The position numbers and the translations under genes are program-made. A DNA stretch of 64,000 nucleotides from an uncultured delta proteobacterium. Lineage in GTDB: Bacteria; Desulfobacterota; Binatia; DP-6. A model generated the notes under the pieces. That model ran no database searches and was not told the DNA's origin. It saw nothing but the letters and a program-made list of their open reading frames with translations. Each line of letters opens with the position of its first letter. Positions within the stretch are counted from its first letter, which is position 1. This document shows positions 35,930-45,930 of this stretch, in pieces. The DNA is taken from contig CAWFFN010000009.1 in assembly GCA_963815115.1 (NCBI GenBank), forward strand, positions 32,001-96,000, given 5' to 3'.

Positions 35930-36430
35930 ATGTCCGACCTTCGGGTCCGCCCCGCCGAGCCGACCGACCTCGCGCGCTTGACGGCGATCTACAACCACTA
36001 CGTCGCGGAGACCGCGATCACCTTCGACATCGACAGGCGCGAGGCCGAGGAGCGCCGCGGCTGGTACCTCGACCACACCTCCGGACCCGGGCATCGCCTC
36101 CTCGTCGTCGAGGAGGGAACGAGTCTCCTCGGGTACGCCGGGAGCGGCACGTTCCGCGCCAAGCGCGCGTACGACACGACGGTCGAGACGACCGTCTATC
36201 TCGACCCGGCGGCGACCGGGCGCGGCCTCGGCACCCTGCTCTACGCCGCGCTGTTCGATTCGCTGGCGGGCGAGGACGTCCATCGAGCCGTAGCCGGGAT
36301 CACGCTGCCCAATCCGGCGTCTCTGGCGCTGCACCGCCGCTTCGGGTTTCGCGAGGTGGGCGTGTTCAAAGAGAACGGACGCAAGCTCGGGCGCTACTGG
36401 GACGTCGCCTGGCTCGAGCGGCCGGTTTGA
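35930..36430 (+). CDS. GNAT acetyltransferase (phosphinothricin acetyltransferase/YncA-like)
   Basis: IYNHYV..TAITF, GRGLG, NPASLALH..FGF, GRKLGRYWDV. Confidence 0.92.
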   Translation: MSDLRVRPAEPTDLARLTAIYNHYVAETAITFDIDRREAEERRGWYLDHTSGPGHRLLVVEEGTSLLGYAGSGTFRAKRAYDTTVETTVYLDPAATGRGLGTLLYAALFDSLAGEDVHRAVAGITLPNPASLALHRRFGFREVGVFKENGRKLGRYWDVAWLERPV

Positions 36431-36436
36431 CGTGGG

Positions 36437-37384
36437 CTACCCGGCCGGCGCGACCAGCACCTTCAGCGCGCCAGGTCTGCCGGCGTGGGCGAAGGCCTCG
36501 ATGCCCTCCGCGAGCGGGTAGACGGCCTCGACCAGAGGCGCAACCTGGACCGTGCCTGCCACGAGCGCGGCGAGCGCGGGCGCGAACGGCCCGCAGCGCG
36601 AGCCGAGGACGGTGACCTCGTTCACCACCGCCCGCGTGAGGTCGACGCGGTGCTCGGCAGCGATCGTCGTCTTGAGCACCACGGTCCCGCGCGGCCGGAC
36701 CAGGGCAAGGGCCGCCGCCAGCCCGCTGGAAGACCCCGTGCTGTCGACGACCAGGTCGGCGTCGGGCGCGGGAGGGCCGGTGTCGAGCCCGAGCCGCCTC
36801 GCGAGCGCGAGCTTCTCGCCGTGACGCCCCGCGAGCGTGACGCGTGCGCCGGCGCCAGCGAGCACCTGCGCGACGAGGAGCCCGAGCTTGCCGTCCCCCA
36901 GCACGACGACACGCCGGCCGCCGACGTCGCCGAGCTGCTCGAGGATCTCGAAGGCGGCGGCAACGGGCTCGGCGAAGACGGCGGTCGCGTCCGGGAGCTC
37001 GTCGGGCACCCGGTGCAGGACGCGCGACGGAACCGCCAGCAGCTCGGCGAAGGCGCCGTCGGCGCGCACGATGCCCTGCACCCGGCGCGTCGGGCAGTGG
37101 CGCGCCAGCCCGCGGAGGCACGCTGCGCACCGTTCGCAGCCGAAGTTGATCTCGCCGACGACGCGAGCTCCGGAGAGCGCGGGATCGGGCGCTGCCACCA
37201 CTTCCCCGACCCACTCGTGCCCCGGCGTTCCCCGGAAGCCGAGGTAGCCGCGACAGATCTCGAGGTCGGTGCGACAGATGCCGGCCAGCCGCACGCGTAC
37301 CAGGGCCTCCCCCGGACCGGCCACCGGGTCGGGCAGGTCCGACGGGAGCCGGAGCCGATCACCGTCCCATCGCAGCGCTCGCAC
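36437..37384 (-). CDS. Zn-dependent MDR dehydrogenase
   Basis: GICRTD, GHEWVG, CERCAAC, GDGKLG, GSRCGPF. Confidence 0.9.
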   Translation of the reverse strand: MRALRWDGDRLRLPSDLPDPVAGPGEALVRVRLAGICRTDLEICRGYLGFRGTPGHEWVGEVVAAPDPALSGARVVGEINFGCERCAACLRGLARHCPTRRVQGIVRADGAFAELLAVPSRVLHRVPDELPDATAVFAEPVAAAFEILEQLGDVGGRRVVVLGDGKLGLLVAQVLAGAGARVTLAGRHGEKLALARRLGLDTGPPAPDADLVVDSTGSSSGLAAALALVRPRGTVVLKTTIAAEHRVDLTRAVVNEVTVLGSRCGPFAPALAALVAGTVQVAPLVEAVYPLAEGIEAFAHAGRPGALKVLVAPAG

Positions 37385-37438
37385 GGCTCCGCGAGGCTAC
37401 ACCCGTCGCGGCTGGTGGCAATGGCCGCACGCGTCGAG

Positions 37439-37739
37439 CTAGCAGAGCTCGCATGATGCAGTTCGAGCTCACGGCCCGGTGCGGCGTCTCACCTACAAGG
37501 CCGCGTGGCCGATCGACCAGGGAATAACGGCGCCGATCCTCTCGTCCTATGCCAAGGCCTTCGGAGCCGATCACGCCATGAAGATCACCACCGATGCCGT
37601 CCAGATCTTCGGCGGCTACGGCTACATGAAGGAGTATCCGGTCGAGAAGCTCATGCGGGACGGCAAGCTGCTTCAGATCCACGAAGGAACCAGCCAGATC
37701 CAGCGGGTGGTGATTGCCCGGAACCTCCTGAAAGGGTGA
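37439..37739 (+). pseudogene. C-terminal fragment of an acyl-CoA dehydrogenase
   Basis: RRLTYKAAW...[38 protein letters not shown] with no N-terminal two-thirds; upstream part is degenerate. Confidence 0.8.
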
Positions 37740-37753
37740 TTCGACTTTCTGAA

Positions 37754-37783
37754 TTGACATCTCTGGCCTGGCACGGCTAGAGG
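37754..37783 (+). promoter_or_regulatory. Putative promoter of the XRE gene
   Basis: TTGACA-18bp-TAGAGG, ATG 6 nt later. Confidence 0.45.
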
Positions 37784-37789
37784 ACAGCC

Positions 37790-38290
37790 ATGGGGTGGGA
37801 GAACAACGTACCGGGTGTACGGCTCGACTGGTCGATCTGGATCAAGGGATTGGGCAAGCAGGCGCGTCGCGTCCGCGAGTTCCTCGGGTTGTCCCAGGAG
37901 CAGGTGGCCAGACTCGCCGGCGTGAGCCAGGGAGCGGTGAGCCGCTTCGAGGGAGGCCGGGGGCTCGCAACCCCCCTTCTCGTCGTGATGAAGGTGAATG
38001 CCGCGTTGCGTAGCGGCGTGGCGGCGATGGATCACGACGTGCTCTCCGACGATGCGCGGCGCCTGTTCTCGTTCGAGGCCTACGGCTTGCAGGAGAATCC
38101 CGATGCGGCTCCTCCGATGACGAAGGAGCCCGAGCTGGAGGAACTGATCCGGCTCTACCGCGACCTGCCCGAACGACAGCGCCAGCGCCTCCTGACCGTC
38201 GTTCGCGCCACCGCGGCGGCGCTCGGGGCGCCGGAGGCGGCGGTCGTCCGGGAGCACCTGCAATCGAACGTCGCGGACTCCCCGCTCTGA
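37790..38290 (+). CDS. XRE-family HTH transcriptional regulator
   Basis: RRVREFLGLSQEQVARLAGVSQGAVSRFE. Confidence 0.88.
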   Translation: MGWENNVPGVRLDWSIWIKGLGKQARRVREFLGLSQEQVARLAGVSQGAVSRFEGGRGLATPLLVVMKVNAALRSGVAAMDHDVLSDDARRLFSFEAYGLQENPDAAPPMTKEPELEELIRLYRDLPERQRQRLLTVVRATAAALGAPEAAVVREHLQSNVADSPL

Positions 38291-38340
38291 TCGCGGCGCC
38301 GGTTGACCCTCGCGCGCACCTCTCGTAAGGGAGGCGCGCC

Positions 38341-39402
38341 ATGGCCGTGGTTCGCAAGCAGCGCGGGCATTTTCTCGAGGATTTTCGCCCGGGCGACGTC
38401 TATCGCCACAAGGGCGGCAAGACGATCACCGAGGGGTTGTTCGCCATCTTCACCGACTTCTCGATGACGACCAACCCGCTGTCGAAGAACGCCCGCTACG
38501 CGCGTGCCTACGGGTTCGACGGTCTGGTCGTCCCGCCGGGGCTCGTCATGCTGGCGGTGTTCAGCCAGAGCGTGGAGGACGTCTCGGAGAACGCTCGGGC
38601 CAACCTCGAGTACATCGACATGCGCTTCGGGGTGCCGGTCTACCTCGGTGACACCCTCGAAGCCGAGACCCTCGTTCTCGGCGTGAAGGGCTCGTCGAGC
38701 AATCCGATGCTCGGCGTGGTGCACGTCCAGACCACGGGCCGCAACCAGGACGGCGACGTGGTGCTGACCTTCCAGCGCAAGGTCCAGGTGTGGAAGCGCG
38801 ATCGTGACGCTTCGCTGCACGAGCGCGAGGTCGCGCCCGCGCGCATCGAGGCCTCGCTCACGCTGCCGGCGTACGACCCCGCGCGCCGCTACGGCGATCT
38901 CGCCCACCTCACCAACGACGACTCGTATCTCGAGGACTTCACCCCCGGCGACGTCGTCGAGCACTCGCGCGGGCGTGTGGTCACGACCGACCACGTCATG
39001 CTCACCGGCATCCTCGACAACACCTCGCAGGTGCACTGCAACCAGTGGATGGTGTCGCAGGATCCGGATCGATTCGTCGGCGGACAGCTGATCGTTTTCG
39101 GCGGCATCCCGTTCAACCTCTGCCTCGGCATCTCGTCCGCCGACCTGGGCGACAACTCGCTGGGCGACATCCGCTACGCCACCGGCAGACACACGGCGCC
39201 GATCTTCGCAGGCGACACGGTCTTCGCGAGCACGGAGATTCGCGGCATCGCGGATTTTCCGGGGCGTGCCGACCTCGGTGTGCTGAGCGCGACGTTGCGC
39301 GGCCACAAGTTCGCCAAGAAGGACGACCGGGTCGAGCGGATCGAGATCTTCTACCTCGAGCGCGAGATCGCCGTGAAGCGCCGGAGCCACTACACCGTCT
39401 GA
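38341..39402 (+). CDS. Double MaoC/hot-dog dehydratase, mesaconyl-CoA hydratase-like
   Basis: GHFLEDFRPG, DVSENARANL, VYLGDTL; second domain YLEDFTPG, NTSQVHCN, IFAGDTV. Confidence 0.82.
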   Translation: MAVVRKQRGHFLEDFRPGDVYRHKGGKTITEGLFAIFTDFSMTTNPLSKNARYARAYGFDGLVVPPGLVMLAVFSQSVEDVSENARANLEYIDMRFGVPVYLGDTLEAETLVLGVKGSSSNPMLGVVHVQTTGRNQDGDVVLTFQRKVQVWKRDRDASLHEREVAPARIEASLTLPAYDPARRYGDLAHLTNDDSYLEDFTPGDVVEHSRGRVVTTDHVMLTGILDNTSQVHCNQWMVSQDPDRFVGGQLIVFGGIPFNLCLGISSADLGDNSLGDIRYATGRHTAPIFAGDTVFASTEIRGIADFPGRADLGVLSATLRGHKFAKKDDRVERIEIFYLEREIAVKRRSHYTV

Positions 39403-39413
39403 TCTCCGCGCTC

Positions 39414-39776
39414 GTGCGCACGGTCGGACTGCTGCTCGCACTCGCCGGCGTGGCGCTCGCCGTCCGCAGTGCGGCGCTCCTCGCCGGCCGCGGGCGGCCA
39501 CGGCGCGGCCCGACCCCGGCGTTCGTGATCGCGGGACCGTACCTGCGGCTGCGCAATCCGCTGCTCGCCGGTCTGATCGTGGCGCTCGCGGGCGTCGCCC
39601 TGTGGCGCGAGTCGGGAACGTTGCTCGTGCTCGCCGGCGCCGCCGCCTGGGCGGCGCACTGGTGGGTCACGCGCGTCGAGGAGCCGGACCTGCGGCGGCG
39701 CTTCGGCGTCGCCTACGAGGCCTACCTGCGAAGCGTGCCGCGCTGGATGCCGCACCGCCGCCGCGCGCCCACGTGA
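39414..39776 (+). CDS. Isoprenylcysteine carboxyl methyltransferase/PEMT family membrane protein
   Basis: FVIAGPYLRLRNP, EEPDLRRRFG..YEAYLRSVPRW. Confidence 0.8.
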   Translation: MRTVGLLLALAGVALAVRSAALLAGRGRPRRGPTPAFVIAGPYLRLRNPLLAGLIVALAGVALWRESGTLLVLAGAAAWAAHWWVTRVEEPDLRRRFGVAYEAYLRSVPRWMPHRRRAPT

Positions 39777-39796
39777 CGCGGCGGCGCCACCGACGC

Positions 39797-41971
39797 TCAG
39801 CGATCCAGCAGCTCGCGGGCGCCCGGGCTCGCGGCGGCGTCACGGTCGAGTCGGGCCGCCTCGACGACCCAGCGCTCGAGGCGCGCGCGATCGTTCACCT
39901 GGCGCGACAGATCGACGAGCGTGCGCACGGCTTCCGGGCGTGCCGCGGGATCGTCGGCCGCGCGCTCCAGCTCGTCGAGGGCGGCCCGTGTCTCCCCGGC
40001 CTTGGCCAGCGCCAGGGCGCGGTTGTAGCGCGCCCGGGGATAGCTCGGGTCCTCGGCGAGGCAGCGCTCGAGGGCGCGGGCAGCGTCGTTCCAGCGCCCG
40101 AGCTGGCCGTAGAGCAGGCCGAGCGCGAAGGCGCTCTCGGGTACCGGATCGGTGGACAGCAGGGTCTCCAGCTCGGCGGCGGCCTCTTCCGCTCGTCCCT
40201 GCTGGGCCAGCAGCAGGGCGAGGTTGTGGCGGGCCTGGATCGAGCGTGGCCACAGCCGCAGCGCCGCGCGATACGCGCGCTCCGCCTCCTGCGGCTCTCC
40301 CCGTGCGCCCGCGAAGATGGCGAGGTTGTAGTTGGCCTCGGGCGTGTCCGCGCCGAGCTCCTGGCTGGCGCGCCAGTCGGCGGTCGCGGCGGCGAAGCTG
40401 CGCTCCGCCTCGGGCGAGAGCGTGTCCGGCGCGGCGCTGCTCAGCCCGAGCGCCGCGTGCAGCCGCACCGTGCGCGCCGGGTCGTCGAGTGCGCCGACCA
40501 GGGCGTCGTGCGCGTCGGGCGCCAGCGCCGGACGCTGCGCGAGCGCCCAGGCCGCTCCGCCGCGCACGAGCGGATCGGGATCGCGAAGCGCCGCGAGCAG
40601 TGCGTCCGTGACGCCGCTGCTGGTCGGAAAGCGGGCGAGCAGGCGCGCGGCGCTGGCGCGTCGAACCGTGTCGCCCGGCTTTCCGACCAGCGCGATCAGT
40701 CCGGGGACGCTCTCCGGATCGCCGCCGCGCGCGCTCGCGATGGTCGCGGTCGCATCCCGGCGTTGCGCGCGCACCGTGCCGTCCGGATACCAGGCGCGCA
40801 CGTGCTCGGCGGCCCACGCCGCGTCGTGATCGGTGTGACAGCGGTTGCACGCGTTGGGAACGCCGAGCGCCAGCGTGGCTTCCGGATCCGGACGCGAGAA
40901 GGAATGGTCGTGGCGCGGATCGCGCTGCATGTACACGGTGATGGGCATGTGACAGCCGGTGCACTGCGCGCCGGGGGTGCCGGAGGGGTGATGGGTGTGC
41001 CCTTCCTCCTCGTACGTCTTGGCATGACACGTGCGACACATCTCGTTGCCGGGCTTGAGCGTACCGTTGCCGTGCGGGTCGTGGCAGTTCCAGCAGCGCA
41101 CCCCCTCGGCGTACATGCGGCTGCCCTGGAACGAGATCAGCTCGTACAGCTCGTCGCGCACCTGGCCGTCAGGATAGTAGGCGTCGGTGTCGAGCAGCTC
41201 GGGCTCGTAGGCGTCGAGGAAGGACTGCTGTCCGGGGGTGAAGTGGGCCCGCTCGACGCGACGGCTGTGACAGCTCCCGCAGGCGGCGAGGAGCAGCTCG
41301 GGATCGCGTCCGGTCCAGGGATCGGCGCCGCCCGATGTACGCGCGCGCACGTGGGGCTCGCCGGGGCCGTGGCAGGCCTCGCACCCGACGCCCATCTCGG
41401 CCCAGCGCGTGTCGTACGTGTCGCTCGCCGGCTGGTAGCCCTTGTCGAAGCCGGTGGTGTGGCAGAAGATGCATTGCGCGTTGGCCGTCATGCCGCGGTT
41501 GGTCCAGTGGCCCCAGTCGGCGGGTGTGCGCGCGTCCCCGGCGAAGAGATCGAACCAGTCTCCGCGCTGCACGTCGAACGCCAGCGGAAGCGCCTGGAAC
41601 CGTCCGGGCGCGAGCGGCCCGACGTACTGCTCGACGTTGCGGTGGCCGAGCGCATAGGCAAGAGCAACGTCCGTGTCGTGGTCGAGGCTCTTGCCGAGCA
41701 TGGCGAGCTGCCCGTCGCGTACGACCATCGGGCCATCGTCGTGCGGGTGCGCACGGAGCGCCTCGCCCGGCGATGCCGTCAGCATCGCGAGATGATGGTC
41801 GGATTTCTCCCACGACCGGTACTCGCTCTCGTGGCAGTCGCGGCAGCGCGTAGAGCCCACGTACGGCGTGGAGCGGCTCGGCTCTGTCGTGCGGCATCCC
41901 AGCGCCGTTGCCAGACCGCCGAGCGCCAGCGCGAGAAGCAGCGCGCGTGATGCGGGCACGACATTCAGCAT
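39797..41971 (-). CDS. Octaheme c-type cytochrome lipoprotein with HEAT-like and TPR repeats
   Basis: Eight CxxCH motifs (CRDCH, CIFCH, CEACH, CGSCH, CWNCH, CRTCH, CTGCH, CNRCH); lipobox-like ALGC; DPDPLVR and YN/HN-LA repeats. Confidence 0.88.
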   Translation of the reverse strand: MLNVVPASRALLLALALGGLATALGCRTTEPSRSTPYVGSTRCRDCHESEYRSWEKSDHHLAMLTASPGEALRAHPHDDGPMVVRDGQLAMLGKSLDHDTDVALAYALGHRNVEQYVGPLAPGRFQALPLAFDVQRGDWFDLFAGDARTPADWGHWTNRGMTANAQCIFCHTTGFDKGYQPASDTYDTRWAEMGVGCEACHGPGEPHVRARTSGGADPWTGRDPELLLAACGSCHSRRVERAHFTPGQQSFLDAYEPELLDTDAYYPDGQVRDELYELISFQGSRMYAEGVRCWNCHDPHGNGTLKPGNEMCRTCHAKTYEEEGHTHHPSGTPGAQCTGCHMPITVYMQRDPRHDHSFSRPDPEATLALGVPNACNRCHTDHDAAWAAEHVRAWYPDGTVRAQRRDATATIASARGGDPESVPGLIALVGKPGDTVRRASAARLLARFPTSSGVTDALLAALRDPDPLVRGGAAWALAQRPALAPDAHDALVGALDDPARTVRLHAALGLSSAAPDTLSPEAERSFAAATADWRASQELGADTPEANYNLAIFAGARGEPQEAERAYRAALRLWPRSIQARHNLALLLAQQGRAEEAAAELETLLSTDPVPESAFALGLLYGQLGRWNDAARALERCLAEDPSYPRARYNRALALAKAGETRAALDELERAADDPAARPEAVRTLVDLSRQVNDRARLERWVVEAARLDRDAAASPGARELLDR

Positions 41972-42000
41972 ACCAGCATCTCGCCGCGACGGAAAAACAG

Positions 42001-42030
42001 TTGACACCGGTCGCGGCCGCACCGTAACTC
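42001..42030 (+). promoter_or_regulatory. Putative promoter of the sulfatase gene
   Basis: TTGACA-18bp-TAACTC immediately before ATGs at 42032 and 42041. Confidence 0.4.
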
Positions 42031-42031
42031 T

Positions 42032-44320
42032 ATGTGGACGATGCGATCCCGGCGCTCGGTGCGTGCTGTCTTGACTGTTTGTCTGGTCGCGTCGCTCGCC
42101 GGATCCGCCGCCGCCGTCAAGCTTCCCTTCAAGTGGGCGCGCCGCGTGCCGAAGAGCTGCGAGGCGACGGGCGTCTTCTACTCCGCTCAGCACCGTTCCG
42201 GAGCCCGGCCGTGCTGCGCGTCGGCCGTCGGCATGTGCCCCGGCGGCGCGGCGTGTCCGCCGAGCGGAACGTGCGCCGATGGCGCGTCGTGCTTCCCGAT
42301 CCCACCGCTGACGCTGACCAACGTGGTGCTGATGATCTCGGACGACCAGGGCGAGTGTCACTACGGCAGCGCCGGGGAGTGTCGCAGCGTACAGACCGGT
42401 ACGCCCGTGCGCGCGCCCGCGACTCCCAACCTCGACCTGCTCTCCGGGTACGGCACCGTCTTCCCCGTCGCCCACAACACCGCGCCGTGGTGCTTTCCGT
42501 CCCTCGCCAGCATCCTCACCGGTCGCTACCAGAAGAGCATGGAACGCCAGCGCAGGCCCGCGACCGTCTTCGGCACCGTCGCGACGTCGCTGCGCTCGCT
42601 CGACGACAACCCCTTCCTGCCCGACGACCCGTACAACGCCGGCAACAAGGTGGGCGGCTACTGCACGTTCCTCGGCGGCAAGCTCACCGGGTCGATCGGC
42701 GACAACGGCTTCGACGCCCGCGCCCGCACCGGAGAGCGCGTCTTCGGGCGAACCGATTGCACCGCCGCCGCTCCGGGCGCGCCCCCACGCTGCGGCAGCG
42801 ATCTGAAGACGCCGTACGATCCCCAGAGCATCTTCCACCTGGGCGACATGTTCGGCTTCCTCGACTCCCTGTTCTATCGCGTTCCGAACTCGGCGCCGGC
42901 CGAGTTCCGCGTGCAGCCCTTCTTCGTCTGGTACGCGCCGCGCATCCCCCATCAGCCGCTGCGCTCGCCGCAGCCGATCCTCGACTACCTCTTCGGCAAG
43001 GCGCCCTCGTACCCGCTGGGCGGCCTCTTCGACCTCGGCAGCCTGTGCACCGGCTCGTCCTGCCCGCCGACCGTGACGGCGATGCACGAGACCAACTTCG
43101 GCGACGTCTTCGCCATGTTCGGCAACGTCTGGTGGATGGACGACGGCGTGCGCGAGATCCGCAAGTACCTCGCTCGCGCCAGCGAGCCGCACTGCATCTC
43201 CCCCACCGGCAGGAGCATGTTCGACGTCAGTTCCGCGGCGTGCCCCGGTACCTGGGCCGCCAGCATCACCCCGAGCCTGCCCGAGCACACGGTGATCATG
43301 CAGCTCTCCGACAACGGCTGGCACCTGCCGAACTCGAAGCACGAGTTCACCGAGAACGGCTATCGCACGCGGCTGATCGTGTTCGACCCGACCGCGCTGC
43401 CGTCGGTTCCGGGCTGGGACGTCACCCAGGAGGCGATTCCGCCGGCGCAGGAGAATCACGCGCTGGTGCATTCCACCGACATCTACGCCACCGCCGTGGG
43501 CTACGCCCTCAACACGCCGCCGGGGTCCCAGCTCTGTCCCAAGGCCGCCGACGGCACGCGTTGCGACGGGAAGGACCTGCGCGGGCACCTCGCGACGACA
43601 CCCGGCGGTCCCGCCGCGCCCGAATCGCTGCGGCGCGCGCTCTGCGGACACGACACGCAGCGCAGCACCGGACCCGACAACCTGCGCTACCTGCTCACCC
43701 GCGAGGGATCGGTCGGACGCTGCACGCTGCTCTCCGCACCGGCGTGCGCGAGCGACGCCCAGTGCCCCGGCGGCCGGGTGTGTCTCGGCGGCCACTGCAT
43801 GACCGCCAGCGAGCCGGCCTGCGCCAGCAACGCCGCCTGCCCGACCGGCGCGGTCTGCTTCGGCGGCAAGTGCCGCGCGGCACCGTCATGCACCGACGAC
43901 GCCGACTGCTCGGCCCTGTTCCCGGGTGCCAGCTCCGCCTGCGTCGAGAAGGACACCCGCTGGTGCCGCAACGACCCCAGCGTGCGATGCACGACGCGGA
44001 ACGACTGTCCGCCGTGCCCGGACGGTGGTGCCTGCCGGCGGCTCTGCGAGCCGCGCCGGCTCAAGTTCTACTTCGCCCCCGTGGGGGGCGCGAAGGCCGC
44101 CGAGCTGAGCGATCTCTTCCTCGACCCCGACGAGCCCGGCCTGCACAATGCCACCATCGGCTCGACCAAGCTGGTCAACGAGATGTCGAACCTGAGCGGG
44201 CCGTACGGCGCCAAGATGCAGCGGGTGAACTGCTGTGTCGACGACTGGTGGTCCGAGCCGGCCAGCATCGGGACCATCTGCTCGGGTGGCTGTCCGGCCG
44301 ACCTTACCTGCAATCAGTGA
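42032..44320 (+). CDS. Secreted sulfatase-like hydrolase with Cys-rich modules
   Basis: Signal peptide, NVVLMISDDQG, TPNLD, CFPSLASILTGRY, PHQP, SDNG; many C-x4-C-x4-C repeats. Confidence 0.85.
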   Translation: MWTMRSRRSVRAVLTVCLVASLAGSAAAVKLPFKWARRVPKSCEATGVFYSAQHRSGARPCCASAVGMCPGGAACPPSGTCADGASCFPIPPLTLTNVVLMISDDQGECHYGSAGECRSVQTGTPVRAPATPNLDLLSGYGTVFPVAHNTAPWCFPSLASILTGRYQKSMERQRRPATVFGTVATSLRSLDDNPFLPDDPYNAGNKVGGYCTFLGGKLTGSIGDNGFDARARTGERVFGRTDCTAAAPGAPPRCGSDLKTPYDPQSIFHLGDMFGFLDSLFYRVPNSAPAEFRVQPFFVWYAPRIPHQPLRSPQPILDYLFGKAPSYPLGGLFDLGSLCTGSSCPPTVTAMHETNFGDVFAMFGNVWWMDDGVREIRKYLARASEPHCISPTGRSMFDVSSAACPGTWAASITPSLPEHTVIMQLSDNGWHLPNSKHEFTENGYRTRLIVFDPTALPSVPGWDVTQEAIPPAQENHALVHSTDIYATAVGYALNTPPGSQLCPKAADGTRCDGKDLRGHLATTPGGPAAPESLRRALCGHDTQRSTGPDNLRYLLTREGSVGRCTLLSAPACASDAQCPGGRVCLGGHCMTASEPACASNAACPTGAVCFGGKCRAAPSCTDDADCSALFPGASSACVEKDTRWCRNDPSVRCTTRNDCPPCPDGGACRRLCEPRRLKFYFAPVGGAKAAELSDLFLDPDEPGLHNATIGSTKLVNEMSNLSGPYGAKMQRVNCCVDDWWSEPASIGTICSGGCPADLTCNQ

Positions 44321-44383
44321 CGCGCCGTTCCGGTGTCCGGCGCCTTGCGACGGCACCGGGGCCCGGCTACCGTCCGCCCGGCC

Positions 44384-45772
44384 ATGACCGACTTCCGCGC
44401 CAGCGGCGAAGCGGTGCCGATCGAGAGCATCGATCAGCTCGTCGACGAGTTCCACGCGGCGGCGAAGCCGCGCGAGCGCTGGCTCATCGGGACCGAGTAC
44501 GAGAAGCTGGCGGTCGACCCGCGCAGCGGCCGGGCGGCGCCCTTCTCGGGCCCGCGCGGCATCGAGACGCTGCTGCGCGAGCTCGCCGAGCGCTTCGGGT
44601 GGGAGCCGACCGAGGAAGCCGGGCGGACGATCGCGCTCCTGCGCGACAAGGCTTCGATCACGCTGGAGCCCGGCGGACAGGTCGAGCTCTCCGGCGAGCC
44701 CTGCGCCACCCTCCACTGCACGCGCGATGAGCTGGCGACGCACGTGCGCGAGCTGTCGGAGATCGGCGCCGAGCTCGGCATCGCGTTCCTGGGACTCGGG
44801 ATGCAGCCCGTCAGCACGCTCGACGAGATCGAGTGGGTGCCGAAGCAGCGCTACGCCATCATGCGCGACTACATGCCCCGCGTCGGGACGCTGGGGCACC
44901 GCATGATGAAGCAGACGGCCACCGTACAGGCCAACATCGACTACGCCGACGAGCGCGACGGCATGCGAAAGCTGCGGGTGGGAATGGCGACCGCGCCCCT
45001 GGTGAACGCGATGTTCGCCAACTCGTGCATCTCGGAGGGCAGGCTGAACGGCCAGATGAGCTACCGCGGCTACGTCTGGACCGACACCGACCGCGCCCGC
45101 TGCGGCCTGCTTCCCTTCGCCTTCCGCGACGGCGCGTCGTTCGCCGAATACGTCGGGTGGGCGCTCGACGTGCCGCTCTACTTCGTGCTGCGGCGGGGGA
45201 AGTATCTCACCGGGGCGACGGGGACCCCCTTCCGGCGCTTCCTCGAGCACGGCATCGGCGGCGAGCGCGCCACGCTCGACGACTGGCGCCTTCACCTGAC
45301 GACGCTCTTCCCCGAGGTCCGCCTGAAGGGCTACATCGAGCTGCGATCGGCCGACAGTCAGACCCCCGATCGCGTGCTCGCCGTGCCCGCGCTCGTGAAG
45401 GGGGTCTTCTACGAGCAGGACTGCCTGGACGCTGCCTTCGACCTGGTGAAGCGCTGGTCGTTCGAGGACTGCGTCAGCCTCTACGGCGAGGTGACCCGGG
45501 AGTCCATGCGGGCGCGGATGAAGGGCATCCAGGTGCTCGAGCTCGCCCGGGAGCTCGGCGCCATCGCCGAGGAGGGGCTCCGCCGGCAGGCCGCCCTCGA
45601 CTCGGAGGGGCGGGACGAGCGGATCTACCTGGAGGGGCTGCGAGAGGCGCTCTCGGCCGGCAAATCGCCCGCCCAGGGGCTGGCCGACCGGTGGACGGGG
45701 GCCTGGCATGGGGAGGCCGGCCGCCTGGTCGAGGCCACCGCATTTCCGACCCCGGGCGCAAACCCGCCTTGA
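44384..45772 (+). CDS. gshA: Glutamate--cysteine ligase (GCS2, plant/alphaproteobacterial type)
   Basis: IGTEYEK, LEPGGQVELSG, PKQRY.IM, TVQANID, HLTTLFPEVRLK.YIELRSAD. Confidence 0.9.
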   Translation: MTDFRASGEAVPIESIDQLVDEFHAAAKPRERWLIGTEYEKLAVDPRSGRAAPFSGPRGIETLLRELAERFGWEPTEEAGRTIALLRDKASITLEPGGQVELSGEPCATLHCTRDELATHVRELSEIGAELGIAFLGLGMQPVSTLDEIEWVPKQRYAIMRDYMPRVGTLGHRMMKQTATVQANIDYADERDGMRKLRVGMATAPLVNAMFANSCISEGRLNGQMSYRGYVWTDTDRARCGLLPFAFRDGASFAEYVGWALDVPLYFVLRRGKYLTGATGTPFRRFLEHGIGGERATLDDWRLHLTTLFPEVRLKGYIELRSADSQTPDRVLAVPALVKGVFYEQDCLDAAFDLVKRWSFEDCVSLYGEVTRESMRARMKGIQVLELARELGAIAEEGLRRQAALDSEGRDERIYLEGLREALSAGKSPAQGLADRWTGAWHGEAGRLVEATAFPTPGANPP

Positions 45773-45930
45773 AACTTCGGCCTTGGTAGGGGATAAGGCC
45801 CACTAATCCGGCATCCCAGGCGTTTTCATCCTAGGGGCTGTTCTTTCGGAACGTTGGGGATGATAGCGAATTAGGACAGTTCCGCCGTCCCACCAGGTGG
45901 TGGGCTCCTGCCCGAGTGGAGGAGGGGTCG

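Noticed and set aside
39797-43795. 1332-aa ORF
   Set aside because: The N-terminal half is antisense to the sulfatase; the cytochrome starts at 41971
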